Assembly: GCA_965228475.1 (NCBI GenBank)
Contig: OZ245817.1
Coordinates: 4,064,001-4,128,000, forward strand
Direction of reading: 5' to 3'
Source: Myxococcota bacterium
Lineage (GTDB): Bacteria; Myxococcota_A; UBA9160; JAFDDA01
Length of the DNA: 64,000 bases
Below are positions 47,060 to 55,452 of this stretch, piece by piece. The position numbers were made by a program, and so were the translations under genes. The notes beneath the pieces are model-generated. The model saw nothing but the letters and a program-made list of their open reading frames with translations, did no database searches and was not told where the DNA came from. How positions within the stretch are numbered: the stretch's first letter is position 1; each line of letters begins with the position of its first letter.

Positions 47060-50000
47060 TCAGGCCCGGGGGCCGCGCAGTCCCATTCCGGCTAGTGCAC
47101 GATCGACCCGCTCGACCTCCGGGAGCATCCCGAGCGCCTCGGCTTCGGCGCGGGCCCGGAGCCACCAGCGGCGGGCGCCCCGGGCATCGCCGATGAGCGA
47201 ACGGCGCGTTCCTTCGAGGCGCTGGATCTCGGGCCGGCGCAGGGCCACCCAGCCTCCGGCGCGCAGCGCTTGCCGGGCGACCCTGCGCGCGAGCTGCCGG
47301 TCTCCCCGGCCCTCCGCGAGGGCATCGAGCTCGCACAGCAGCCGGGAGCGCAGCACGACCGCCTTGTGGAAGGGAGGCACGAAGGCGGTCGCCTCGGAGA
47401 GCAGCGACTCCGCGGCGGTCAGGCTGCGCTCGGCCTCCTCCCGCCGCCCGAGGCCCAGCTGGGCCTTCGCCTTGTTCCCGAGAGCCAGGAGGTTCGGGAG
47501 CGGGTCCGGCTGCTCGCTGAAGTGCGCCTCGGCCGCCTCGATCGCCCGCTCCCATTCTTCCCGCTCGAGCGCCAGGAACGTCTCGAGCGCCCGCACCGTG
47601 GCCTTCGCCTGCTCGAACTGGAAGAGTTCGGCCACATGCTCGAGGCGCGCGATCCCCGTGCGCGCCTCCTCGAACCGGCCCTGCATGATGCGGCGCTCGG
47701 TCTGCAGGCCCAGGTAGTTGGTGACGTCGAAGAGCTGGCCGTCGCGGATCCGGTCCTCGAGGAAGTCGACGGGCAGCTCGTGTGCCGCGCTCCAATCGCC
47801 GGCCAGCGTTTGGTGGGTGGCATTCATCATGCCGTAGATCATGCGCTCTTCCGGGTCGTCGGCGTCCACGAGTTCCCGGGCCTGGGCGAGGAACCGCTCG
47901 CTGATGGCGAAGGAGACGCCGCCGAAGGAGAAGATCCCGACGCTCGATGCGAACTGTCCGCCGGCGAGCGGAAGCGTGCGCGGGTCGACGTCTCCCAGGC
48001 GACGCACGGCGTCCATCCAGTCGAAGAGGTAGCGGTCCGTCGCGTTCGTCGTCTGCGCGCGCGCGCGCTCGTAGACGAGCTCCTGGATCTGGCGTTCCGT
48101 TTCCGTCGCCCCGCGACGCGCCCTCCCGAAGCGGCGGAAGTAGACGCGGCCGAGGATCAGCGCGAGGTCGCGCACGAGGCGGAGGTTGCGGCGAATCGGC
48201 TGCTTCGCTCCGACCACGCCATGGCATTCGAGCGCCGCGTCGAAGTGGAGGATGGCCTCGGCATAGCGGCCGCGGTTCACGAGAGCCAGGGCCATGTTCC
48301 GCTCGAGCAGGCCGAGCTTCTCCGAGCGGTCTTCCTCACCGTGGAGATTGCGGAACAGGGCGGCGGCGTCCTCGAAGAAACGCAGTGCCTCGTCCGATGC
48401 CGCGGAGCGCGCCGCTTCGTCGCCGGCCGCGAACAGGTGGTGCTCGGCGCGCTCCACGTCCCCCGCACGACTGAAGTGGTGCGCGAGCATCGCGTGGGCA
48501 CCGGGCTCGTCGCCGTCGAGCCGCGCCTCGACGGCGCGGCCCACCTGGCCGTGCAGCTCGCTGCGCCGGCCCTCGAGCATCGAGTCGTAGACGACCTCCT
48601 GGATCAAGGGATGCTTGAACTGGAACTCGCCGGCTCGCCCTTCGCGGCGTTCGATCATCTCCGACGTCTCGAGGCGCGCCAGGTCGCCCTCGACCGCGCG
48701 GCCCTCCACATCGGCGAGGACATCGCCCTCGAAGGCGAAGCCGATCGCCGACGCGACGCGCAGGAGGTCGCGCCCCTCCCGGCCGAGACGGTCCACGCGG
48801 GCCATCACGACCTCCTGGAGGGTTCCGGGGACGGCGACCTCGTGGATCCGGGGCGTCGCGACGAGTCGGCCGCCGCGCTCTTCGAGCGCGCCGGCGTCCC
48901 GCAGGCCGCGGACGACCTCCTCGGCGTAGAAGGGGTTCCCCGTCGCCCTTTGTTCGATCGCCGTGCGGAGCGCGTGGGGCACGTCGGCGCCGCGGAACAG
49001 GTTGCGCAGGAGCTCCATCGAAGCGCCGGCATCGAGGGGCGCGAGGGTGATCTCGGTGTAGGCCTCGGGCAGGCGCTCCCGCGCCGCCGCGCGCACGCGG
49101 TCTGCGGTCTCGGGCCAGCCCGGGCGAGTCACCAGCAGGAAGAGGATCGGCTCGGTCTCGGCGAGCCGCAGCAGGCTCGTGAGCAGCTCGATCGACGACG
49201 CGTCGGCCCAGTGCAGGTCCTCGAAGACCAGGGCCACCGGCTCCCGCCTGGCCATTCCCTGGAGCGTGCGCGTGATGGCCGCGAGGAGCAGCGGCTCGAG
49301 GGCCTCCGGAGCCAGGCGTTCGAAACGCTCACGTTCCTCCTCCGGGAGCGGCGCGCCCAACAGCGTCGAGAGGAAGGGAACGACCTCCTCCGCCTCGCTT
49401 CCGAGCTCCGCGGCCGCCGTGCGCGTGAGCTTCTCGGCGAGAGCGGCCTTGGGCTCGTCGTCGTCCGCGCCGCACCAATCGGCGAACAGGTCCGCGAAGG
49501 GGTGATGGCCGAGCGTCCTTCCGTTCGAGAGCGAGCGTCCCTTGAGCCAGCGGAAGCCCCGTGCCTCCGCAGGGAGCGCCTCCGCGAGCAGGCGGGACTT
49601 GCCGATCCCGGCTTCGGCCACGACCGAGACGATGCCGCCGGTTCCTGCCGCGAGCTCGCGCGTGGCCCGGTTCAGCGCGGCGAGCTCCGCATCGCGACCG
49701 ACGAGGACCGAGCGCACGCGCCCGGGCGCCGACGGCGTCGAACGGTGGAGCTTCGTCGTCTCCGAGCGCAGCTCGTAGGCGGCCTCGCCGTCCGCCCCGA
49801 CCGGCGCATAGTCGAAGTCGTCCCGGGTCGCGCGCGCCGTCTCTTCCCCGACGAAGATGCTCCCGGGCGGCGAGAGGTCTTCGAGCCGCGCGGCACCGCT
49901 GACGGACTCGCCCATCAGCGAGTACTCGCGGATGAGCGGACCGCTCACCTCCCCCGCGATCCCGAGGCCCGTATCGATTCCGATGTGGATCCCGAAGGGA

Positions 50001-51544
50001 GAAGCGAGTCCGCGTTCTTCGTTGAAGGTGGCGACGGCCCGTCGCATCTCGATGCTGGCATTGATGGCCGCGCGCGGCGCATCCTCGATCGAGACCGGAA
50101 CGCCGAAAACCGCCATCACGCAGTCGCCGAGGTACTTCTCGACGGTTCCACCGTGGCGGCGCGCGATCCCACTCAGGCGGTCGAGGCAGTCACTCACCAG
50201 GGGATGCAGGGCGTCGGCCTCCATGCTCTCGGCGAGCGCGGTGAACCCGGAGAGATCCGCGAAGAGCACGGTGGCGCGGCGGCGCTCGGCGTCGTCCGCG
50301 CGCTCGCTGTAGTCGGAAGCGCGCGCTTCGTCCGCCTGGAGCGTCTCCGCGAGGAAGGCCGACTGGATCGCGCGGCCCGGGTTGCCGGCGGCGCGGCGCA
50401 CCACCAGGGCCCGTGCTTCGGGTTCGAGGACGTGTTCGGGTAGTGCGTCGACCAGGGCACCGATGGCCGCGTCGTCGAGCGGTCCAAGGGCAAGCTCGAG
50501 CGGGTCTTCTCCGATCGCCCGGGCCCGCTCGACCGCCTTCGCGGCGGCGTCCGGGAGAGGCGAACGTCCCGCGACGAAGACGAGCGTCGAAGGCGGAAGA
50601 TCGGCCAGAACCGCGGCGAGATCCGTGCGCCGGCCGCCGTCGTCGACGACGAAGATCCCGCCCTCTACCGAGGGCATGCGGGAACCGGCGGGCGGCAGCG
50701 CGCGGATCCTCCGTTCCGGGTGGCGCCTCGTCAGCTCGAGCAGCAAACGGGACTTCCCGGCACCGGGGGGCCCCTCGATCGCGACGAGACCGCCCTCCCC
50801 GGCCGCCTGGCGATGCACGCGCGCGTCGAGCTGCGCGAGTTCGGCTTCCCGCCCGACGAACGGGGCGTAGCTCGCTACTTCGGCGCCGAAGGGCGCGTCG
50901 TCGTCGCGCTGCGCTTCCAGGATCTCTCGGGGCCGGGCGAGGTCCCGCACGCCCTGGAGCTTCACGGCCCCGACTTCCCGCATCACGAAACGGTTGCCGA
51001 GGAGCGCCGCGAGGCCGGCGCCGGCGTAGACCGTGCCGGCGGGTGCGAGCGATTTGATCCGGGCGGCGTGGTTTACGCACCGGCCGAGCACCGAGAACTC
51101 GCGAACCACCGAGTCGCCGAGCGCCCCGGCGAGAACCGGACCGGCCTCGAGGCCGACCTTCACGTCGAGGTCGACCGGCAGCTCGATCCGCTCGGCGACC
51201 TCCCGGACCGAGAGGCGCATCTCGAGGGCGGCCCGGGCCGCCGCCGCAGCCGCTTCCGCGGGCGTGAGCGGAAAGCCGAAGACGGCCATGAGGCAGTCGC
51301 CGAGGTACTTGTCGACGGCGCCACCGTGGCGGCGCGCGACGTCGTCGAGGATGCGCAGGCAGCGCGTGACCACCAGATAGGCTTCGTCGGCCCCGCGAGC
51401 CCGGGCGAGCGCCCCGAACCCGACGATGTCGGCGAACAGGATGCTCGCTTCCCGGTAGCTCGCGCTCCCCCCGGCGCGCTCGGGCGCGCTCTCCTCGGCT
51501 CCGGACATGACGTCAAGGGTGTCATGCCCGGCCGGCACTTCCAA
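47060..51544 (-). CDS. double class III adenylate/guanylate cyclase with AAA (STAND-type) ATPase and TPR-like C-terminus
   Basis: Two cyclase domains (FADIVGF/KYLGDC/VNHAAR and FADLSGF/KYLGDC/VSGAAR); P-loops GPPGAGKS and AEAGIGKS; Walker B FEDLHWAD; FKHPLIQEVVY; start TTG 51544 or ATG 51508. Confidence 0.9.
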   Translation of the reverse strand: MEVPAGHDTLDVMSGAEESAPERAGGSASYREASILFADIVGFGALARARGADEAYLVVTRCLRILDDVARRHGGAVDKYLGDCLMAVFGFPLTPAEAAAAAARAALEMRLSVREVAERIELPVDLDVKVGLEAGPVLAGALGDSVVREFSVLGRCVNHAARIKSLAPAGTVYAGAGLAALLGNRFVMREVGAVKLQGVRDLARPREILEAQRDDDAPFGAEVASYAPFVGREAELAQLDARVHRQAAGEGGLVAIEGPPGAGKSRLLLELTRRHPERRIRALPPAGSRMPSVEGGIFVVDDGGRRTDLAAVLADLPPSTLVFVAGRSPLPDAAAKAVERARAIGEDPLELALGPLDDAAIGALVDALPEHVLEPEARALVVRRAAGNPGRAIQSAFLAETLQADEARASDYSERADDAERRRATVLFADLSGFTALAESMEADALHPLVSDCLDRLSGIARRHGGTVEKYLGDCVMAVFGVPVSIEDAPRAAINASIEMRRAVATFNEERGLASPFGIHIGIDTGLGIAGEVSGPLIREYSLMGESVSGAARLEDLSPPGSIFVGEETARATRDDFDYAPVGADGEAAYELRSETTKLHRSTPSAPGRVRSVLVGRDAELAALNRATRELAAGTGGIVSVVAEAGIGKSRLLAEALPAEARGFRWLKGRSLSNGRTLGHHPFADLFADWCGADDDEPKAALAEKLTRTAAAELGSEAEEVVPFLSTLLGAPLPEEERERFERLAPEALEPLLLAAITRTLQGMARREPVALVFEDLHWADASSIELLTSLLRLAETEPILFLLVTRPGWPETADRVRAAARERLPEAYTEITLAPLDAGASMELLRNLFRGADVPHALRTAIEQRATGNPFYAEEVVRGLRDAGALEERGGRLVATPRIHEVAVPGTLQEVVMARVDRLGREGRDLLRVASAIGFAFEGDVLADVEGRAVEGDLARLETSEMIERREGRAGEFQFKHPLIQEVVYDSMLEGRRSELHGQVGRAVEARLDGDEPGAHAMLAHHFSRAGDVERAEHHLFAAGDEAARSAASDEALRFFEDAAALFRNLHGEEDRSEKLGLLERNMALALVNRGRYAEAILHFDAALECHGVVGAKQPIRRNLRLVRDLALILGRVYFRRFGRARRGATETERQIQELVYERARAQTTNATDRYLFDWMDAVRRLGDVDPRTLPLAGGQFASSVGIFSFGGVSFAISERFLAQARELVDADDPEERMIYGMMNATHQTLAGDWSAAHELPVDFLEDRIRDGQLFDVTNYLGLQTERRIMQGRFEEARTGIARLEHVAELFQFEQAKATVRALETFLALEREEWERAIEAAEAHFSEQPDPLPNLLALGNKAKAQLGLGRREEAERSLTAAESLLSEATAFVPPFHKAVVLRSRLLCELDALAEGRGDRQLARRVARQALRAGGWVALRRPEIQRLEGTRRSLIGDARGARRWWLRARAEAEALGMLPEVERVDRALAGMGLRGPRA

Positions 51545-51552
51545 GCGCCGCC

Positions 51553-51560
51553 CTTATAAT
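51553..51560. promoter_or_regulatory. overlapping divergent -10 elements (TATAAT on +, TATAAG on -)
   Basis: TATAAT 6 nt before lnt GTG; TATAAG 8 nt before cyclase TTG. Confidence 0.55.
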
Positions 51561-51566
51561 GCCGCC

Positions 51567-53114
51567 GTGCACGCGCGGCGCAGAAGCCTCGGCATCTTCC
51601 TGACCCTCCTTTCGGCCGCCGCCTTCGCGCTGGCCTTCCCGCCGACGTCCTGGCGCCCGCTCGCCTGGGTCGCCCTCGTCCCGTTCTTCCTGGCCGTGCG
51701 GGAAGGGTCGCTTCGCTGGGCTGCAGGATTGACGTGGCTCTGGAGCCTGGCTGCGGCCTACGGCGTGGGCGATTGGTTCCCGAACGCCGTCGCCACCTAC
51801 TTCCACCAGCCGGCGCCGGTCGCCCTGGCCCTCTTCTTCGCGGTGTTCACGGTGATGGCCGCGCCCTACTACCTGGCCTTCGCCTGGGCGTATCGGGCCC
51901 TCGCCGGGCGCTACGCCGCGGCGCTCCCGCTCCTGGCCGCCGCCGCATGGGTCACCGCCGAACTCGGGCGCGGCCGGCTCTTCACCGGGACGGCGTTCTT
52001 CATCGGAAACCCCTGGGGCCTGCTCGGCTACAGCCACGCGGACGTCCTGCCCCTCGCCCAGGTTGCCGCGCTCGGCGGCATCTACGCCGTCACGTTCGCG
52101 ATCGCCTGCGTGAACGCGGCCGTGGCGGGGGTCGCGTGGGCCGCCCTGCGACGGGAGCCCCTTCGCCCGGCCCTGCTCGGGCTGGCGATCGCGATCGTCC
52201 CCGCGCTGCTCGGCCTGGGATACGGCCGGCTCGTCTTGCGCGACGCCCCGCGGCTGACCGCCGAGGAGGCCATCACGGTGACCGTGGCCCAGGGCAACGT
52301 CGCGATCGGCTCGCGCTGGCGGGCGGACGCCTACGGCGAGAACCTCGACGTCTACCTCCGCCTGACCGAAGCCGCCGCCGAGCGCGACGCACCGCGCATC
52401 GCCTTCTGGCCCGAAGCCGCGATGACCTTCTTCCTCGAGGACGAACCCCTCTACCGGAGGACGATCGCGGGTCTTCTCGATCGACACGATCTCGAGCTCG
52501 TCACCGGAGGCCCCCGGACCCGGCCCGAGGAGCCCCCCGCTTTCTGGAACAGCGTGTTCGTGGTGGACCGCAAAGGGGAGATCACCGACCGCTACGACAA
52601 GGAGTACCTCGTCCCCTTCGCCGAGTACTTCCCGCTGCGCATCGACGTCCTGCGGCGGCGCTTCGGACGGATCCGCACCTTCGAAGCCGGGGACTCCGCG
52701 AAGCCCCTCGAGACCCGGGCGGGAGCGGCGGGCGTGCTCGTCTGCAACGAAGCCATGCTCCCGGAGGTGGCCCGGGCACGCGTCGAGCGGGGTGCCGAGT
52801 ACCTCCTGAACCCGTCGAACGACACGTGGATCTCGGCGCCGAAGTACGCCGAGCAGCAGCTCGACATCGCCCTCGTGCGCGCCATCGAGCAGCGGCGCTG
52901 GCTCGTGCGCGCTTCGACCTCGGGCCCCTCGGCCCTGGTCGACCCGTGGGGACGCGTCAAGGCGAGAACGTCGCCCTCGGAACGGGCCGTGGTGGTGGGG
53001 GAGATCGCGCCGCGCGCTGGGCGCACGCCCTACGCGCGCTACGGCGACGCCTTCGCGCTCGGCTGCCTGGGCCTCGTGGCCGTCGCCCTCGTCTCCGGCC
53101 GTCGGACCCGCTAG
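51567..53114 (+). CDS. lnt: apolipoprotein N-acyltransferase
   Basis: N-terminal TM helices, PWGLLGYS, QGN, catalytic WPE, YDKEYLVPFAEY, VCNE, SNDTW, RAIE. Confidence 0.9.
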   Translation: MHARRRSLGIFLTLLSAAAFALAFPPTSWRPLAWVALVPFFLAVREGSLRWAAGLTWLWSLAAAYGVGDWFPNAVATYFHQPAPVALALFFAVFTVMAAPYYLAFAWAYRALAGRYAAALPLLAAAAWVTAELGRGRLFTGTAFFIGNPWGLLGYSHADVLPLAQVAALGGIYAVTFAIACVNAAVAGVAWAALRREPLRPALLGLAIAIVPALLGLGYGRLVLRDAPRLTAEEAITVTVAQGNVAIGSRWRADAYGENLDVYLRLTEAAAERDAPRIAFWPEAAMTFFLEDEPLYRRTIAGLLDRHDLELVTGGPRTRPEEPPAFWNSVFVVDRKGEITDRYDKEYLVPFAEYFPLRIDVLRRRFGRIRTFEAGDSAKPLETRAGAAGVLVCNEAMLPEVARARVERGAEYLLNPSNDTWISAPKYAEQQLDIALVRAIEQRRWLVRASTSGPSALVDPWGRVKARTSPSERAVVVGEIAPRAGRTPYARYGDAFALGCLGLVAVALVSGRRTR

Positions 53115-53126
53115 CCCCGCCGAGCG

Positions 53127-54425
53127 CTACTGCGACTCGCTCCCCGGCCCGATGATGATCTCCCGCCGCTGCTGCTTGCGGAAGTCCTCGATGCGCTTGC
53201 GCTCGAGCAGGAGGCCGAGCTCCTTGTTGCGCGTGCGGATGCGCTCGAGCTCGCGGGCGAGCTCGCGGTCCGAGAGGGAGGAGAGCTTGAAGTCAAGGTC
53301 GAGCTCGACGCTGCCGCGGGTGCCGTCGCTCGCGAGCGCCGTCACGCGCACGCGGTTGTTGCCCTCGCGCACGGGAACGAAGCCCGAGAACGACCCGTCC
53401 GGGGCGAGCCGCACGTCGGTCGAGAAGTCACCCGTCGAGAGGTTCGTGAAGACGACGTCCTCGATGTTCGCGAAGGACACGCCCTGGAGGAGCGCGATGA
53501 TGTCGCCCGGGTTCTGCACCGGCGTGAAGTTGCCGAGCGTGAGGCGCGCCATCTCGGTGGTCGCGTAGGGGAAGGTCAGGGCACCCGGCCCGAGGGCGTA
53601 GGTGTTGATCGTGATCTGGCCCTTGTGGGCGAGGCGCGCGGCGTTCAGCGCCGCCTCGACGTCGCCCTTGTCCGAGACCGCGCCGCGCCCGATCGGGAAG
53701 GTCGGCACGCCGTCGGTGAGGAAGAGGATCACGCGCTTGCTGCCGGGCCGCGGCGTGCTCTTCGCCCCCGAGAGGCCGGCGAGCTCGCGCACGCCCAGGC
53801 GGATGCCCGCGGCGTAGTTCGTCGCCCCGCGCGCGCCACGGGCGAGGATCGCCATCAGCGACCGGCGCACGGCGTCGAAGTCCTGGGTGAGCGGAACCTC
53901 GAGCCAGGCGTCCTGCTGGTCGATGCGCGCGCGTTCCCCGGTGGTCGGGCTCACCTCGCCGGCGAAGCTCAGCAAGCCGACGCGCACGCGGCTCGCATCG
54001 AGGCCGTCGATCAGCGCGAGCGCCGCAGCGACCTCGGCGGCGAGGATGGTGTCGCCCTCGTCCGTGCAGAGCACGTCGTCCGGGAAGGTGCCCGGCGGGA
54101 TCAGTTCCTGGTGCGGGTTCACGCCGATCTGGCCGTCGCGGTCGACGTCGACGCCGCTCGCGGTCTTCGTCGATTGGGAGACGTCGATGGCGATCATCAC
54201 GTCGAAGACCGCCGGGCGCTCACCCTCGGCGACGGCGCTCCCGCGGATCGGCGCGAGATGGACCTTGTTGCGAACGGCTTCCCCGGACTGCGGGGAGTCC
54301 ACGAGCAGCCGGACCGCGGCGCCCTCGGCGGGCGCGGTGGGCCCGGCCGCGAGCAGCAGCGCGAGCGCAATGGGCGCGGCGATGCGCCGGAGGCTCGGAA
54401 GGATCGGTGCGAACGAACGGTTCAA
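53127..54425 (-). CDS. secreted von Willebrand factor A domain protein
   Basis: Signal peptide; MIDAS DVSQS, TNY, ILFLTDG; flanking Ig-like strands and C-terminal coiled coil. Confidence 0.85.
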   Translation of the reverse strand: MNRSFAPILPSLRRIAAPIALALLLAAGPTAPAEGAAVRLLVDSPQSGEAVRNKVHLAPIRGSAVAEGERPAVFDVMIAIDVSQSTKTASGVDVDRDGQIGVNPHQELIPPGTFPDDVLCTDEGDTILAAEVAAALALIDGLDASRVRVGLLSFAGEVSPTTGERARIDQQDAWLEVPLTQDFDAVRRSLMAILARGARGATNYAAGIRLGVRELAGLSGAKSTPRPGSKRVILFLTDGVPTFPIGRGAVSDKGDVEAALNAARLAHKGQITINTYALGPGALTFPYATTEMARLTLGNFTPVQNPGDIIALLQGVSFANIEDVVFTNLSTGDFSTDVRLAPDGSFSGFVPVREGNNRVRVTALASDGTRGSVELDLDFKLSSLSDRELARELERIRTRNKELGLLLERKRIEDFRKQQRREIIIGPGSESQ

Positions 54426-54476
54426 AGGGCTCCCCCTCGGCGCTCGAGGACGACACGTCGAGCGTGGGCGGGGAGC

Positions 54477-55385
54477 CTACCAGAGACCGGCCAGCTCGCG
54501 CCCCCGGTCGGTCTTCAACTCGAGCTCGGCGCGGCGGTTGCGCTGCCGGCCCTCGGCCGAGCCGTCCGAAGCCACCGGGAAGCGGGCCGCCATGCCGACC
54601 GCGGTCACCCGCGAGGGCGCGACGCCCTCCGAGAGCAGGTAGTCCCGCACGGCCGCGGCGCGGGCATCCGCGAGCGCACGGCGCTTGGGCTCCTGCTTCG
54701 AGGCGTGGCCCCGAACCACGACCACCGTGCCCGGGTGCTCGCGCAGGGCCTTGGCCACGGTGCGCAGGCGGCGCTTCGCGCCCTTCTTCAGCGTGGCGGA
54801 CTCGTCGGCGAACAGGACCTCGTCCGGCAGGCTCAGGACCTTCGGGTCCTCGATCCCGGCGAGGTCACCGCCCACCGGCGGCTTCACCGAGGAGTGGCGG
54901 TCGTCCCAGCCCCAATCGTCGTCGTAGTCATCGTCCCAATCATCGTACCGGTCGTGATGCCGGTCGCGATGCCGGTCCCGGTGACGGTCGTAGCCGCGGT
55001 GGCCGCGGTGCGGGCGGCGCGGCTCGCGGTAGACGGGCGGCGGCGGGTGCGCTTCATAGCGGTCGCGGGCTTCGTCGCGATCGATGGCGTCGCCGATCAC
55101 GGCGCCGGTCAGCGCGCCGAGGGCGCCACCGATCCAGTAGCCGGCCTCGTCGTGCTGATGGCCGGCGATCGCGCGGCCCACGCCGGCGCCGGCGAGGCCG
55201 CCGAGCACCGCGCCGCGCGCCGTGTGGTTCGTGTCGTAGTAATGGTTGCCGTACGCGTCGTAGCGATGCGTGGCGCAACCCATCGTCCCCACCACGGTGA
55301 GGCTCAAGAGCAGGGTTCCGAGGGCCCGCGTGCGCGGGGCCTTCGCCCGGGTGCGGGCTGCCTGGGCCGAGGTTCGATCGTCCAC
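54477..55385 (-). CDS. OmpA-family lipoprotein with glycine zipper
   Basis: GGAGG RBS before GTG; TMGC lipobox; GAVLGGLAGAGVG zipper; LADARAAAVRDYL, GRQRNRRAE. Confidence 0.85.
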   Translation of the reverse strand: MDDRTSAQAARTRAKAPRTRALGTLLLSLTVVGTMGCATHRYDAYGNHYYDTNHTARGAVLGGLAGAGVGRAIAGHQHDEAGYWIGGALGALTGAVIGDAIDRDEARDRYEAHPPPPVYREPRRPHRGHRGYDRHRDRHRDRHHDRYDDWDDDYDDDWGWDDRHSSVKPPVGGDLAGIEDPKVLSLPDEVLFADESATLKKGAKRRLRTVAKALREHPGTVVVVRGHASKQEPKRRALADARAAAVRDYLLSEGVAPSRVTAVGMAARFPVASDGSAEGRQRNRRAELELKTDRGRELAGLW

Positions 55386-55452
55386 GGTGTCTCCTCCCGC
55401 CACCACGAGGCCGGGAGCCCCGGCGGCGTCGGGACCTTGGACGGAGCCGGCC

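Noticed and set aside
32557..51544. Pycsar/CBASS-type anti-phage system
   Set aside because: The cNMP-binding proteins carry Crp HTH domains with matching DNA boxes rather than TIR, TM or nuclease effectors; cyclase residues suggest ATP use. A defence-related trigger is not excluded
35493..55385. TraA/TraB kin-recognition pair
   Set aside because: The OmpA protein lacks a beta-barrel and TSP3 region and is not adjacent to the giant genes; analogy only
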